Shown: positions 13,045 to 25,625, counted from the stretch's first letter. The stretch is DNA of 64,000 bases from Eledone cirrhosa (GCA_964016885.1 OZ024759.1:16678001-16742000), one strand, 5' to 3'. The notes: generated by a model not told the origin, from the letters alone. Numbers and translations: made by a program.

Positions 13045-13545
13045 GCCCTTCCTGACATAGTACTACTGTGCCCTTCCTGACATAGAACTGCTGTGCCCTT
13101 CCTGACATAGAACTGCTGTGCCCTTCCTGACATCGTACTGCTGTGCCCTTCCTGACATAGAACTGCTGTGCCCTTTCTGACATAGTACTGCTGTGCCCTT
13201 CTTGACATAGAACTGCTGTGCCCTTCCTGACATAGTACTGCTGTGCCCTTCCTGACATAGTACTATTGTGCCCTTCCTGACTTAGTACTGCTGTGCCCTT
13301 CCTGACATAGTACTGCTGTGCCCTTCCTGACATAGTACTGCTGTGCCCTTCCTGACATAGTACTGCTGTGCCCTTCCTGACATAGTACTGCTGTGCCCTT
13401 CCTGACATAGTACTGCTGTGCCCTTCCTGACATAGTACTGCTGTGCCCTTCCTGACATAGTACTGCTGTGCCCTTCCTGACATAGTACTGCTGTGCCCTT
13501 CCTGACATAGTACTGCTGTGCCCTTCCTGACATAGTACTACTGTG
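13045..13545. repeat. 25-bp minisatellite, about 20 copies
   Basis: unit cccttcctgacatagtactgctgtg. Confidence 0.95.
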
Positions 13546-14138
13546 TAGCTATTCTAAACTCTATTATATATATCATCATCATTATCCTTACCATTGCCTT
13601 CATTATCATTGCTTTTACTAAAATCCTCAATTTTTTTATTCTCAAAATTAAATAACATATATAAGGGTTTGTATCCTGTTTAGAATAGGTACACCATATT
13701 GCTGTATGTTGTAAAAGTTGGCACCAGGAAGGGCATCTGCTCTTAAAACCTTACTTTACCCCTTTCGCATTTACATTACTCTATATTTATTATTATATTT
13801 TCAAGGTAAAAGTTTTATCTCACATAATATCGAATCTATGAAATTTTGTTATTATTTATTTTGAGAACAATACCTTAACATCAGTATGAGTGGCCGGTTA
13901 CAGCTGGTTTGAACAGAAAGAGGTGAGAAAATTCTGGCCAGATATGGCCGGTTTAAATACTAAAGGGTTTTTAAAAAAATCTATGATGAGTATAGAGCCT
14001 GTCATAGTGCCCTGTAAAGTTAACACTCAGTTTAGCAAGGAAAGTGGCCTTAACTTAAATGACAAAATTGGTGTTTTTTTAGAATTTACTTTCTGATCAC
14101 TTTCTAATTTGCTATTTTTTTTATTTTCACCATTGCAG

Positions 14139-14171
14139 CACAACTTGTCAGACTCGAACTGAAGAAATGAG
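14139..14171 (+). CDS. UBR4: candidate 33-nt in-frame cassette micro-exon of UBR4 (adds TTCQTRTEEMS)
   Basis: Polypyrimidine tract plus tgcag acceptor, AG/gtgagt donor, phase 2-2 symmetric, no stop; no counterpart in remembered human sequence. Confidence 0.55.
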
Positions 14172-14527
14172 GTGAGTTCTTAGTAAATTTTCTCACTTTA
14201 ACCCTTAAGCATTTATATTATTCTATATTTACTATTATATTTTCATGGTAAAGGCTTTGTCTCACATAATATCGAATCTATGAGATTTTGATATTATTTA
14301 TTTTGAGAACAATACCTTAACATCTGTATGAGCGGCCGGTTACAACCGGTTTGAACAAAATGAGGTGAGAGAATTCTGACCAGATAGAGCCGGTTTAAAT
14401 GCTAAAGAGTTAATCATGATTGTTTCCTGTTTCATTGGGAGAGTCATTAGAGCATCAGATTAAATGTGTCAGTATTTGTTCTGGTCTCACTGTGCTTTGA
14501 GTTCAAATCCTGCCTCTTTCTGCCATC

Positions 14528-15210
14528 GGTTGTGACTGACAGATAATATCAGTAATAGAAAGACTAATGGAAACATTGTTTCCTTTGTCCAATCTGATGA
14601 TCAGCTCCTTCAGGAGTTGTGACTGACAGATAGTATCAGTAATAGAAAGACTAATGGACACATTGTTTCCTTTGTCCAATCTGATGATCAGCTCCTTTCC
14701 TTTCTGTGAGGAGTTGTGACTGACAGATAGTATCAGTAATAGAAAGACTAATGGACACATTGTTTCCTTTGTCCAATCTGATGATCAGCTCCTTTCCTTT
14801 CTGTGAGGAGTTTTGACTGACAGATAATATCAGTAATAGAAAGACTAATGGACACATTGTTTCCTTTGTCCAATCTGATGATCAGTTCCTTTCCTTTCTG
14901 TCAGGAGTTGTAACTGACAGATAATATCAGTAATAGAAAGACTAATGGAAACATTGTTTCCTTTGTCCAATCTGATGATCAGCTCCTTCAGGAGTTGTGA
15001 CTGACAGATAATATCAGTAATAGAAAGACTATTGGAAACATTGTTTCCTTTGTCCAATCTGATGATCAGTTCCTTTCCTTTCTGTCAGGAGTTGTGACTG
15101 ACAGATAGTATCAGTAATAGAAAGACTAATGGACACATTGTTTCCTTTGTCCAATCTGATGATCAGCTCCTTTCCTTTCTGTGAGGAGTTGTAACTGACA
15201 GATAATATCT
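14528..15210. repeat. 87/97-bp minisatellite, 7 copies, derived from a dispersed repeat
   Basis: CTGATGA recurs at 14594, 14681, 14778, 14875, 14972, 15059, 15156; related dispersed copies at about 3090, 21080, 53830. Confidence 0.93.
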
Positions 15211-15417
15211 ACCACCTCAATTATTGTTTACTAAATTGTGAAATGTAAACAATACAAACATATCAAATCTATTGTAGGTGGTGGTAGTGGTGGGAGAGGA
15301 TCAGAGCGAGTTTGTCAGTTATGAATTGAGAAATATGAGTCTTTTGTGTATATTCTTTGTTTCTTGAATCGGTTTGGTACAAATGTGGTTTTATCTATGT
15401 GTTGTCTTATTTTATAG

Positions 15418-15517
15418 CACTGATACTGAAGACTGGCAAGAGTTTCTTGGAAAAGCATCTTTGAGTTACGTCCTTCGATTGTTAACTGGGTTATGTTCTG
15501 GACACACCGGAACTCAG
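15418..15517 (+). CDS. UBR4: UBR4 coding exon (TDTEDWQEFLGK...HTGTQ)
   Basis: AG/GT bounded; LRLLTGL..GH.GTQ. Confidence 0.93.
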
Positions 15518-15884
15518 GTAGTTTACCTCTTCTTTTATGGTATTGACAGGAAATTATAAGATACATTTCATTGGAAGTTACTTGCATATATATATATATA
15601 TATATGTGTGTGTGTATATATATAGAGAGAGAGGTAGAACACTGGAAAGTAATATCCGTAGTGGTAGAGCACTCAGTCCATGGGACAAGTTAGGTGGAAG
15701 TGGTTACACAACAGTTAGTTCACCATACCGAGAACAAATGTTTTACCTTAGCGGATCTTCAGCTAGTAATGGACATTTCCGTATAACCATGTCCATTACA
15801 AGCTGAAGATCCGCTAAGGTGAAACAATTGTTCTCCGTATGGTGAACTAACTGTTGTGTAACCACTTCTATATATATATATCAT

Positions 15885-16515
15885 CATCATCATCGTTTAA
15901 CGACTATCATCCATGCTAGCATGGGTTAGACGGGAATTGTCCTACTTGAGGCAAGATTAGTCGGGTGACCGTGTCTCGCTCATATAGGACTATCTGGCAG
16001 GTTTTCTATGGCTAGATGCCCTTCCTAATACCAACCACATTTACAGTGTGGAGTGGGAGCCTTTTCACCGTGTCTCCTACACGGCCACCTTACAGTGTGG
16101 ACTGTTGTGTCATCGACACAGTGAACGGAAGTAGGGTGTGGCGGTGGGGTGTACATTGAGTTAAGAGGGGCCTACTGACTAGGTTTATATGCAATGGCAC
16201 TTGGGTCTTCTGTACAACTGCATGTCGGCAAAGGTCTTGATCCAGTGTCATTGTCTTAGAGAGGTGTAGGTGGGCAAGGTCAGTTTTTATCACCTCATCC
16301 CAGGTTTTTCTAAGTCTACCCACTCCGCAGCTTCCATCAATTTTCATTGCCCTGCACTTTTTTATACAGCTGTCGTCCTTCATACGCATCACATGTCCAT
16401 ACCAACGCAATCTCCTCTCCAGAACACAACATTTGATACCTCTTATGCTTAGTCTCCTTCTTAGTTCGTTTATGCTTCGCCTTTCACGCATATTACTATT
16501 AGACATCCATCGGAT
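15885..16515 (-). mobile_element. 3' end of an RTE-clade LINE; related fragments at about 12720-12985, 25950-26195, 39150-39430, 50215-50959
   Basis: translation ERRLRWYGHVMRM...GRLRKTWDEVIKTDL; (TGA)n tail. Confidence 0.85.
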
Positions 16516-16735
16516 CATATATATATACACACTTACATACATATATATACATACATTATATACTTATATACAAACAAAGGGTTAAAGAAATGAATCACTG
16601 GTGAAAAACACAAAATACATCATCAAAAGGTGATGCATTCACTGAATATATATTGATAATGATTTTTATTTTTTTTATTTATTTACTGATTGTCTTTTTT
16701 TTTCCTTTTCTGCAATGTTTTTCTTTGTATGACAG

Positions 16736-16864
16736 TTATTAGTTGGTGAAGAGTGTATCCCAATCCTTCACAAGCTTGAACAGATTTCTTCAGATAAACA
16801 CATAGGTACAATGGCAGAGAATTTGTTGGAAGCCCTCAAAGAGAATGAACAGACGGCAGCTAAA
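16736..16864 (+). CDS. UBR4: UBR4 coding exon (LLVGEECIPILHKLEQISSD...AAK)
   Basis: LHKLEQ.SSD..IGT.AENLLEAL. Confidence 0.94.
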
Positions 16865-17176
16865 GTATGTATACACTTGCTAAGTTATATATATAATATT
16901 TTTACAGCAATTACCCCAGTGCATTACTGGTACTTTATTTTATTGTAAAGATGAAAGGCAAAGTAATAAATAAAAACGACTGTTGATTTGTTTCTGTATT
17001 TCATCTTTAGATTATTGATGTACGGAAACAAACGAAAGCAGAAAAGAAAGTTATATATATAATATTTCTACAGCAATTACCCCAGTGCATTACTGGTACT
17101 TTATTTTATTGTAAAGATGAAAGGCAAAGTAATAAATAAAAATGACTGTTGATTTGTTTCTGTATTTCATCTTTAG

Positions 17177-17266
17177 ATTATTGATGTACGGAAACAAACG
17201 AAAGCAGAAAAGAAAAGATTAGCCATGGCTGTAAGAATGAAACAACTTGGTGCATTAGGCATGACG
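17177..17266 (+). CDS. UBR4: UBR4 coding exon (IIDVRKQTKAEKKRLAMAVR...LGMT)
   Basis: AG/GT bounded; AEKKR.AMA.R. Confidence 0.93.
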
Positions 17267-17423
17267 GTAAGTTCTGAGAGTCATAAACTACTTAACCCTT
17301 TTGTATTGTTATATTTTTACTGAAATATATACTGCATAGAATGTATTGTATGTGTTAGTTATCACCAATTACCCTATATAGAATATATTATATGTGTTTG
17401 CTATCACCAACCACTCTATAGAG

Positions 17424-17664
17424 CAGGCTTGTCAAACTGAGGGTTTCCCGAGGGCCACATGGGTCACATGTGTTGTCTGAGGGTCTCCCGAGGGCCACGT
17501 GGATCACACATGTATTGTCTGAGGGCCACGCATGACAACTAATTGCGCACATTACAACTAATTTTTTAAATTTTATATTACAAAGATAAAACATGCTCGC
17601 GCTGTAAAAACCTTTGTACGGGCCGCAGGTGTGCATGTAAAGGGCCGCGTGCTTGACATGCCTG
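17424..17664. mobile_element. hAT/Charlie-like MITE
   Basis: TIRs CAGGCTTGTCAAAC / GCTTGACATGCCTG; 8-bp TSD ctatagag/ctatagaa; internal gggcc repeats. Confidence 0.75.
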
Positions 17665-17921
17665 CTATAGAATGTATTATATTATATGTTTCCTATCACC
17701 AACCACCCTATAGAATGTATTATATTATATGTTTCCTATCACCAACCACCCTATAGAATGTATTCTAGTATTATATCCTATCACCAATCACTCTATAGAA
17801 TGTATTATAGTATTATATCCTATCACCAACCACCCTATATAGAGTGTTGTATATTATATGCCTATGAAAGATAATAAAATTAAAGTCAGGTTGTTTAATT
17901 TTTTTTTTTTTTTTTTTCCAG

Positions 17922-18044
17922 ACAAATGAGAAAGGCCAAGTAACGGTGAAAAGTTCTGTTTTAAAACAAATGGAAGAACTAAAGGAAGAAATAGGTCTTA
18001 CTTGTTGTATTTGTCGAGAAGGTTATAAATATCAACCACAAAAG
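17922..18044 (+). CDS. UBR4: UBR4 coding exon (TNEKGQV...[15 protein letters not shown]), start of hemiRING
   Basis: CxxC zinc ligands; AG/GT bounded. Confidence 0.95.
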
Positions 18045-18119
18045 GTTAGTGTATCTTCTTCTCTTGCTATAGTTGTTTTATTGCTCTAGTTTATGAAATC
18101 TAGAACACTTTTCTGCCTT

Positions 18120-18460
18120 GATGGCACCTGTGCTCGCCTGCCACATTCGGAGCAGGGGCTGGCAACATCTGACTTTGAAAGAGATATATGCCGGCCTCCC
18201 ACGCATATCTGTCATCGTGCGTAAAAGGAGAGTAAGATTTGCTGGCCACTGCCATCGTGCCACCTATGAGGCTGTGTTCCCATTAGTGCTTTGGCAACCA
18301 CAAGCAGTCATTAATAACAGGGGCGGTAGCTCTCCTATCCCGATGTCATCTCTAGAGATTCTGGTATTGAAATCCAGGATTTGGCAACGGCAATGAACGA
18401 CAGACCCACATTGAGATCAATTGTTGAGTTGATTTCGGCTGAGGCCGCTGGATGATGATA
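18120..18460 (+). mobile_element. RTE-like LINE 3' fragment
   Basis: translation RKRRVRFAGHCHR; ends in gatgatgat. Confidence 0.65.
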
Positions 18461-19327
18461 ATATCTAGTTTAGAATAGATACATGATATCCCTATGTGTA
18501 TCTGGTTTAGAATAGGTACACCATATCCCTGTGTGTATCTGGTTTGGAATAGGTATACTGTATCCCTATGTGTATCCATTTTAGAATAAGTACACTATAT
18601 TCCTATATGTATCTGGTTTAGAATAAGTACACTATATTCCTGTATGTATCTGGTTTAGAATAAGTACACTATATTCCTGTATGTATCCATTTTGGAATAG
18701 ATATAATGTATCTGTTTGTACCCAGTATAAAATAGGTACACTGTATCCCTTTGTGTATTTGGTTTAGAATAGGTACATTGTATCTCTGTGTGCATCTGAC
18801 CTAAATTAGGTACACTGTATCCCTGCATGTTATAAGAGAGAGTTAAAAGGTTTGGCTCCAAGAAGAGCATCTAGTTGTAAAATATTGCCTCAAAAAGGAC
18901 TCCATGATGTGACCTTGGAGTTAGAATAGTGGGCTTACAATCATATGGTTATGATTTCAATTCGTGGACCAGGTGGTATATTGTGTTCTTGAGCAAGATG
19001 CTTCATTTTATATTGCTTTTCATGATAGAACTGGGGCCTCTATGATTAAAACACCTAAGAAACCTCTTATAAGATACAACCCTGTAGGAGACCAGCTAAA
19101 CCTGTGAGCTATAACAATAACAATCATATATGTGTATGATATGACTGGGGCCCTTATCATTAAAACACCAGAGAAACCTACTTATGTGTTATAAGTGACA
19201 ACATGATAGGATTGTGGTCCTTATCATTAAAACACCTAAGAAACCTCTTATGAAATACAACCTCGTAAGATGCTAGCTAAACCTACATAGATGTCATCTG
19301 TAACATTTCATGTTTTTTCTTTTGCAG

Positions 19328-19461
19328 GTCCTAGGTATTTACACATTCACAAAACGCGCCAACCTTGACATCTATGAGAATAAGACAAGGAAGTCACAAG
19401 GTTATAGCACAGTATCACATTTTAATGTTGTGCATGTTGACTGTCACACTGCTGCAGTCAG
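19328..19461 (+). CDS. UBR4: UBR4 coding exon ([10 protein letters not shown]...[16 protein letters not shown])
   Basis: HxxC zinc ligands; AG/GT bounded. Confidence 0.95.
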
Positions 19462-19565
19462 GTAGGAAGCCATTTTATATTTACTGTTGCTTTCATAATA
19501 TATATATATCTTTCAAGACATGTATCGTGTATTTATAATATTATATATAGATATAGATAAATAGC

Positions 19566-19763
<198 letters not shown>

Positions 19764-20371
19764 AGGGCGTTCAGCTGTATGAGCAAGGTATTGCCAGTTG
19801 ACCTGGCATTGCCTACAAGACAACTCGTCTAACCCATGCTAGCGTGGAAAAATGAACGTAAAACGGTGATGATGATATATATATATATATATCAAATTAA
19901 AAAACAGTTAAAGACTCACGTTAATCCCCTGTAATTTAATGAGCTCAAGGAATAGATTCTGGGCTATTTATAAGACAGTATATATAGAGAAGAATACACA
20001 AAGAGGTACTTTGGTTCGTGAAGACATTCCCTGGCAATGAACGGAAAAAAGCGAAGATAATACGTCGTTATGTGGGGCGATGAGAACAACTACATGCAAA
20101 GACAAAACCACGTTTATGGTATAAATGGAGTCATTAGATTAATATTCTATTTAGGAAACCGAATGACTCTCAGCTTCAGAGTTAAGAATAATGTAAATAA
20201 ATTAGTTGAATGAAAATAACACGGTTCTTATATATTTGATATATATTTATCCTTATCGAGCCCTCTTTGGATTTTAGTCTTCACATTTATTATTATTACT
20301 ATTTTTATCTAAAGACTTTTTTTCCAATTCAAACCCGCCTGTCCCCTCAATCTATCTTATTTCTCATTCTT

Positions 20372-20407
20372 TCTTCTGATGAATGACTAGCGTCTGAAAC
20401 GTTAAGA
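20372..20407 (+). ncRNA. minimal hammerhead motif with palindromic ACGT in place of helix III
   Basis: TCTT-CTGATGA-A(T)GAC tagc GTCT-GAAACGTT-AAGA. Confidence 0.55.
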
Positions 20408-20531
20408 CCCTCTTCCTGTTATATCAAGCGTTAACCTAATATATACCTTCTATATACTGCACCAATTGTGTTGTTATTTCTGTTTACCTTTTACATACCT
20501 ATATATATATATATATATTTCTATTTATTAG

Positions 20532-20657
20532 ACATGCCCGAGGTCGAGAGGAATGGGAAAGTGCTGCTCTACAAAATGCAAACACAAAGTGCAATGGTTT
20601 GTTACCTTTGTGGGGTCCCCAAGTCCAGGAGTCCGTGTTTGCCACTTGTCTTGCCAG
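20532..20657 (+). CDS. UBR4: UBR4 coding exon ([29 protein letters not shown]...)
   Basis: near-identical to remembered UBR4 segment; AG/GT bounded. Confidence 0.96.
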
Positions 20658-21628
20658 GTAAGGACTTTTTTTTAGATATTTAAACCCTTTTGATACCAAC
20701 CTGCCCAAAAACTGTTTCTGCTTCTACCCTATATTGGCTTCATTTAAATGTTATTGTCTCAATAAGTGTCGGTCCAGGGGTGGGGGCGGGGGTTAAAGAG
20801 TCAGTTAGAATGCTTTACAGTATCTAATCCTGCTCTGTGTGTTATCTGAGTTCAAATCCTGCCTCCTTCAGCCAGGAGTTGTGACTGGGGCAGTGGATTG
20901 GCAGGATCGGTAGAGCATCAGACACCATGCCTTGCAGCATACAGTTATGGTCATTTATGGTCTGAGTTCAAATCCTGCCCAGGTTAACTTTGCCTTTCAT
21001 CCTTACCGGATCGATAAAATAAAGTACCAGTAATGCACTGGGATAATTGCTGGCCTTGTGCCAAAAGTAGAAACAATTATTATCAGTATTAGAAAAGCCA
21101 ATGGAAACGTTGTTTCCTTGGTTCGATTTGATAATCAGCTCCTTTCTTTTCTGTTATGAGTTATAACTGACAAATTGTATCAGCAATGGAAACATTGTTG
21201 CCTTGGTCCAATCTGATAATCAGCTATTTTCCTTTTTTTTCCTTCTATAAAAACATGTTTATCTTTGTTTATTTTATTTATTTTTGAATTTTGTTTAAAT
21301 TTGAAAATGTAGAAAATAACTTTGATAACAGTCAATCACTATAGATAACAGTCAATCACTATAGATAACAGTCAATCACTATAGATAACAGTTGAGAAAA
21401 TTGGATAAGTTACATTTAGAGACGGGGAAAAAAATGGACAGGGGCATGCACCTCTATCCACTTTTTTTCATCTTTATGGGTAATTTAACCTAATTTTCTC
21501 GGCTATTATCTATAGTGGTCGATTGTTATTACAGTTATTTTCTGCATTTGGGCTGTTCACATTTAAAATTTTCAAACACTCCCAGTGCTGTGATAATCCA
21601 TCAAGTGTAATTTTGTTTTATTCTGCAG

Positions 21629-21823
21629 GCATAATGCGTACTTACAAGAATGTACTGGTGTTCGGGATCCAAGCTATCCTTACACCATACAAGATATAAA
21701 GTTGTTACTGCTAAGGTTTTCTCATGAAAAGTCTTTCAGTGAAGACAGTGGTGGAGGTGGCCGTCAGAGCAATATGCATCTTGTACCTTACTTAATGCAT
21801 ATGGCATTATATGTCATAAACAC
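21629..21823 (+). CDS. UBR4: UBR4 coding exon (HNAYLQECTG...SFSEDSGGGGRQSN...YVIN)
   Basis: SFS.D.GGGGR.SN motif; AG/GT bounded. Confidence 0.95.
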
Positions 21824-21860
21824 GTAAGTATTATTTCTATTTTGGAGTTGTCCATGCCTA

Positions 21861-22620
21861 GCAAGTGAATTGATCTGAGACTGGTGTGTGTTGAAATGTG
21901 GAAAGTAAAGCAATTACATGGAGTCATTTTAGCCACAGTTGTACATGTCTGGCAAGTGAATTGATCTGAGACTGGTGTGTGTTGAAATGTGGAAAGTAAA
22001 GCAATTACATGGAGTCATTTTAGCCACAGTTGTACATGTCTGGCAAGTGAATTGATCTGAGACTGTGGTGTGTTGAAATGTGGAAAGTAAAGCAATTACA
22101 TGGAGTCATTTTAGCCACAGTTGTACATGTCTGGCAAGTGAATTGATCTGAGACTGTGGTGTGTTGAAATGTGGAAAGTAAAGCAATTACATGGAGTCAT
22201 TTTAGCCACAGTTGTACATGTCTGGCAAGTGAATTGATCTGAGACTGTGGTGTGTTGAAATGTGGAAAGTAAAGCAATTACATGGAGTCATTTTAGCCAC
22301 AGTTGTACATGTCTGGCAAGTGAATTGATCTGAGACTGTGGTGTGTTGAAATGTGGAAAGTAAAGCAATTACATGGAGTCATTTTAGCCACAGTTGTACA
22401 TGTCTGGCAAGTGAATTGATCTGAGACTGTGGTGTGTTGAAATGTGGAAAGTAAAGCAATTACATGGAGTCATTTTAGCCACAGTTGTACATGTCTGGCA
22501 AGTGAATTGATCTGAGACTGTGGTGTGTTGAAATGTGGAAAGTAAAGCAATTACATGGAGTCATTTTAGCCACAGTTGTACATGTCTGGCAAGTGACTTG
22601 ATCTGAGACTGTGTGTTGAA
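21861..22620. repeat. 91-bp minisatellite, about 8 near-identical copies
   Basis: gcaagtgaattgatctgagac at 21861, 21952, 22043, 22134 and onward. Confidence 0.95.
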
Positions 22621-22992
22621 ACAAAAACAAGTATATCATGGAAGAGTCATTTTAGCCATTTAAAAAACACACAAATGAGGCCTTTCTCCATTCTACAATA
22701 TAAAACTATTGAAGAGCTTGGGAAATTAGAAATATTATAATGAAAGCTAAAATACTTATATTTGTATATTGTAAAGTGTTTATATCTATTTAAAATCATT
22801 CCATGATAATGTTATATAAGAACTTGCATTATATTCAAAACAACAGCTTAATAATGAGAAAGTTAGTTATAAGCAGTGTCTTTCATTAGAAATATGATAA
22901 TGAAAGCATTAATAGGAATTATTATAAATTATGGTTTACACAAAACTGAATTTTTTTTCTTTGTATTGCTAAAAAAATTCTTTTAATTTCAG

Positions 22993-23077
22993 AACTCGAT
23001 CTGTTCCTCGAGAAGAAAAGAATCTTAGTAATTTTTTGGAAATGCCAAAAGAAAAATGGGTTGAAAATTGTTTTGAG
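22993..23077 (+). CDS. UBR4: UBR4 coding exon (TRSVPREEKNL...KWVENCFE)
   Basis: REEKNL..FLE.PKEKWVE. Confidence 0.93.
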
Positions 23078-23159
23078 GTATATATCATTGCCATTTTTAC
23101 ATCCACTTTTTCATGATGAAATGTTTTGAGACAATATTTTACAGTCACATGCCCTTCCC

Positions 23160-23490
23160 GATCTTAGTCTTAGGTTCTTCTGAGTTTTTCAGCACATTGA
23201 GCAGTAAGTGGTCGCCAACAGTCACGATCAGCGGTGGCTTTTTCATGTCCGTGCCAAGTGATTTTGAGTGCCATCAGGTCTTTTTGGAACGTTCATTCCC
23301 AGGTGATCCTAGGGCAACCCTGCTTCCATTTGCCACCAGGTGGAGTCCAGTTCATCACTATTTTCAAGTGTCGTTCGTTGGGCAGGTGCAGAATATGGCC
23401 AGCCAGGCAGCACCAGTGCTCTGTGACCATCCTCTGCAGCATCCACGACTCGGCTCTCCGCAGGATTTCCTCGTTTTGCACTCGGTAGAG
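23160..23490 (-). mobile_element. RTE-like LINE 3' fragment
   Basis: translation LAGHILHLPNERHLKIVMNWTPPGGK..GCPRITW. Confidence 0.7.
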
Positions 23491-24374
23491 AGATAGAGAG
23501 ATACAATATACCTATTCTGAAAACTGATATACACATGACAATATTATATAAAGAAAAATGTTAATAATGAATAATATTCAATTAGTAACAAACCTTTTCA
23601 TAAATCATGAACATTTTCAAAAGGAGAATATTCTTAGCTATTAATCATTTAAACATTCGTTTTCCCTACTAGCAAGGGTTGGATGGTTCTTCACAGACAG
23701 TCAGTACTCAAGCAGAGATATTAAGCTCTCAGATGGGCCAGGGGTTTACATCTTGCTTACATACAGTCCTGTGTTCTACCGAGTGCATTTTATTGTGACA
23801 ACAGCACTAGGGAGGTTGTTATGTCTTAGACTCAGCTGAAGGGTCTTCCCAACCTTTTGTTTGGCAGGTTTTCTATAGGTGAATGCCCTTTACTATCACC
23901 AACCACTTTACAGAGTGATCAGTGTTAAATTGTTGATATTTATATGTTTTGATGCATGGCATGGTCCTGTAACTCCTGAGGGGGTCGTAGGGGTGCCGTA
24001 TTAATATATGGCGTTTCTAGGGCTTTTTAAAACCTGCCGGAGCCCATCTCCTCTCCAGGTCTGAAAATCAGCAGATTTATTCCAGAGAAGGAAAAAGAGA
24101 GAGAGAATGGAAGTGAGAGATATAGAGGAAGAATCACCCCCAATAATAGACTGGTTCTTTTTTTATTGATCTCGAATGGATGAAAAGCAAAGTTGACTTT
24201 GGCAGGATCTGAACTCAGAAAGTAGAGAATCTAAACAAATACCACAAAGCATTCTGTCAAAGGTTTTAACAACTCTGACAATTCGCTGCTGTTTAGATGC
24301 AGTATAGGATGTTAAAAGTTAAAGATTAAATAGTTGAGTTTGAAAAATAATCTCTGTTTTATTTTGTTTAACAG

Positions 24375-24514
24375 GCAGAAGGTCCTTTGTATTGGTCAGT
24401 GATGGCTGTTCATATTTTATCACCCCAAAAGTGGAGAGATCACAGAGTCAGTCTCATTGAACGGCTTTTTATCCTAGCACATGCTAGAAATGTTTGCTCA
24501 GCTGGAGCAAAAGT
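24375..24514 (+). CDS. UBR4: UBR4 coding exon (AEGPLYWSVMAVHIL...AGAK)
   Basis: acag acceptor, gtaagt donor; GP.Y..V.A.HIL.P..W. Confidence 0.92.
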
Positions 24515-25531
24515 GTAAGTGGATCGTTTCTTGGTTATTTCATCTAAAAAAAAAAATGAAGAAAAAAGAAATTATTTTAAAATCATCATCATCATCATAA
24601 TAGTCGTATTTTTACATCCATTTTCTACGCTGGTTTGGGCTGGACAGGTTGTCCTGCTCTGAGACTAGACTGGTTGCCTATCCTAATACCAACTATTTTA
24701 CAGAGTGTACAGGGTGCCTGTTATTGTGGCACCAGCAGTACCACTTTAAAATACACCCTGTGTACTGGGTGTATTTTATTGTGACGACAGCACTACCATT
24801 TTACAGAGTGTACTGGGTGTATTTTATTGTGGCACCAACAGTACCATTTACAGAGTGTACAGGGTGCATGTTATTGTGGAACCAGCACTTCCACAATAAC
24901 ATGCACCGCTTTACAGAGCGTACTGGGTGTATTTTATCTTTTTGTGCCCCATGGATCTCTGTTGGTTTCAATATTTTTATCAGGGGAACAGATGCTCGTG
25001 AAATTAACATGTAAGTGGCTGAGCATTCCACAGATACGTGTTCCCCTAATGTAATTCTCAGGGAGATTCAGTGTGACACTTCACAGACACAATATACTCT
25101 TCGTGTAATTCTCAGGGAGATTCAGTGTGGCATGGTGTGTGACGAGGCTGGCCCTTTGAATTACAGGTACAGTCCATCTTGTATTATAGTACAAGTGGTT
25201 GAGTATTCCACTAACACATGTACCCTTAATATAATTCTCAGGGAGATTCAGCATGACACAGTATGTAACAAGGTTGGATCTTGGAATTATAGGTCCAGGT
25301 TTATCCAAAGGGCTTCCAAATAGTTTCTGACTACCTGATTTCACTCACAAGATATGGGTTTATCTAAGGTTATTGTAAATGACGCATGTTCAAAATACCA
25401 CACTGAGATTGAACCTGGGACCTAATGATTGCAGAACAAACTTCTTAACCATATAGCCATGCTGTGCCCACTTTATTGTGATATACGTAACAAGAGATGT
25501 AACATTTGTTTTTACTATTGTCTTTTTCTAG

Positions 25532-25625
25532 GTTACCAGATCGTACATTGAAAGATTTGTCCATATATAAACCAGCCTTTGTATTTTTTGGACTCTTATC
25601 AGGATTATATGACAAAATCTTCAAG
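25532..25625 (+). CDS. UBR4: UBR4 coding exon (LPDRTLKDLSIYK...KIFK)
   Basis: AG/GT bounded, phase consistent. Confidence 0.9.

Noticed and set aside
12867-13533. Overlapping repetitive ORFs on the minus strand
   Set aside because: 25-bp minisatellite read in several frames.
21861-22620. Regular repeat array resembling CRISPR
   Set aside because: Units are contiguous and identical with no unique spacers, no cas genes, and the context is a eukaryotic intron. The same applies to 13045-13545 and 63225-63958.
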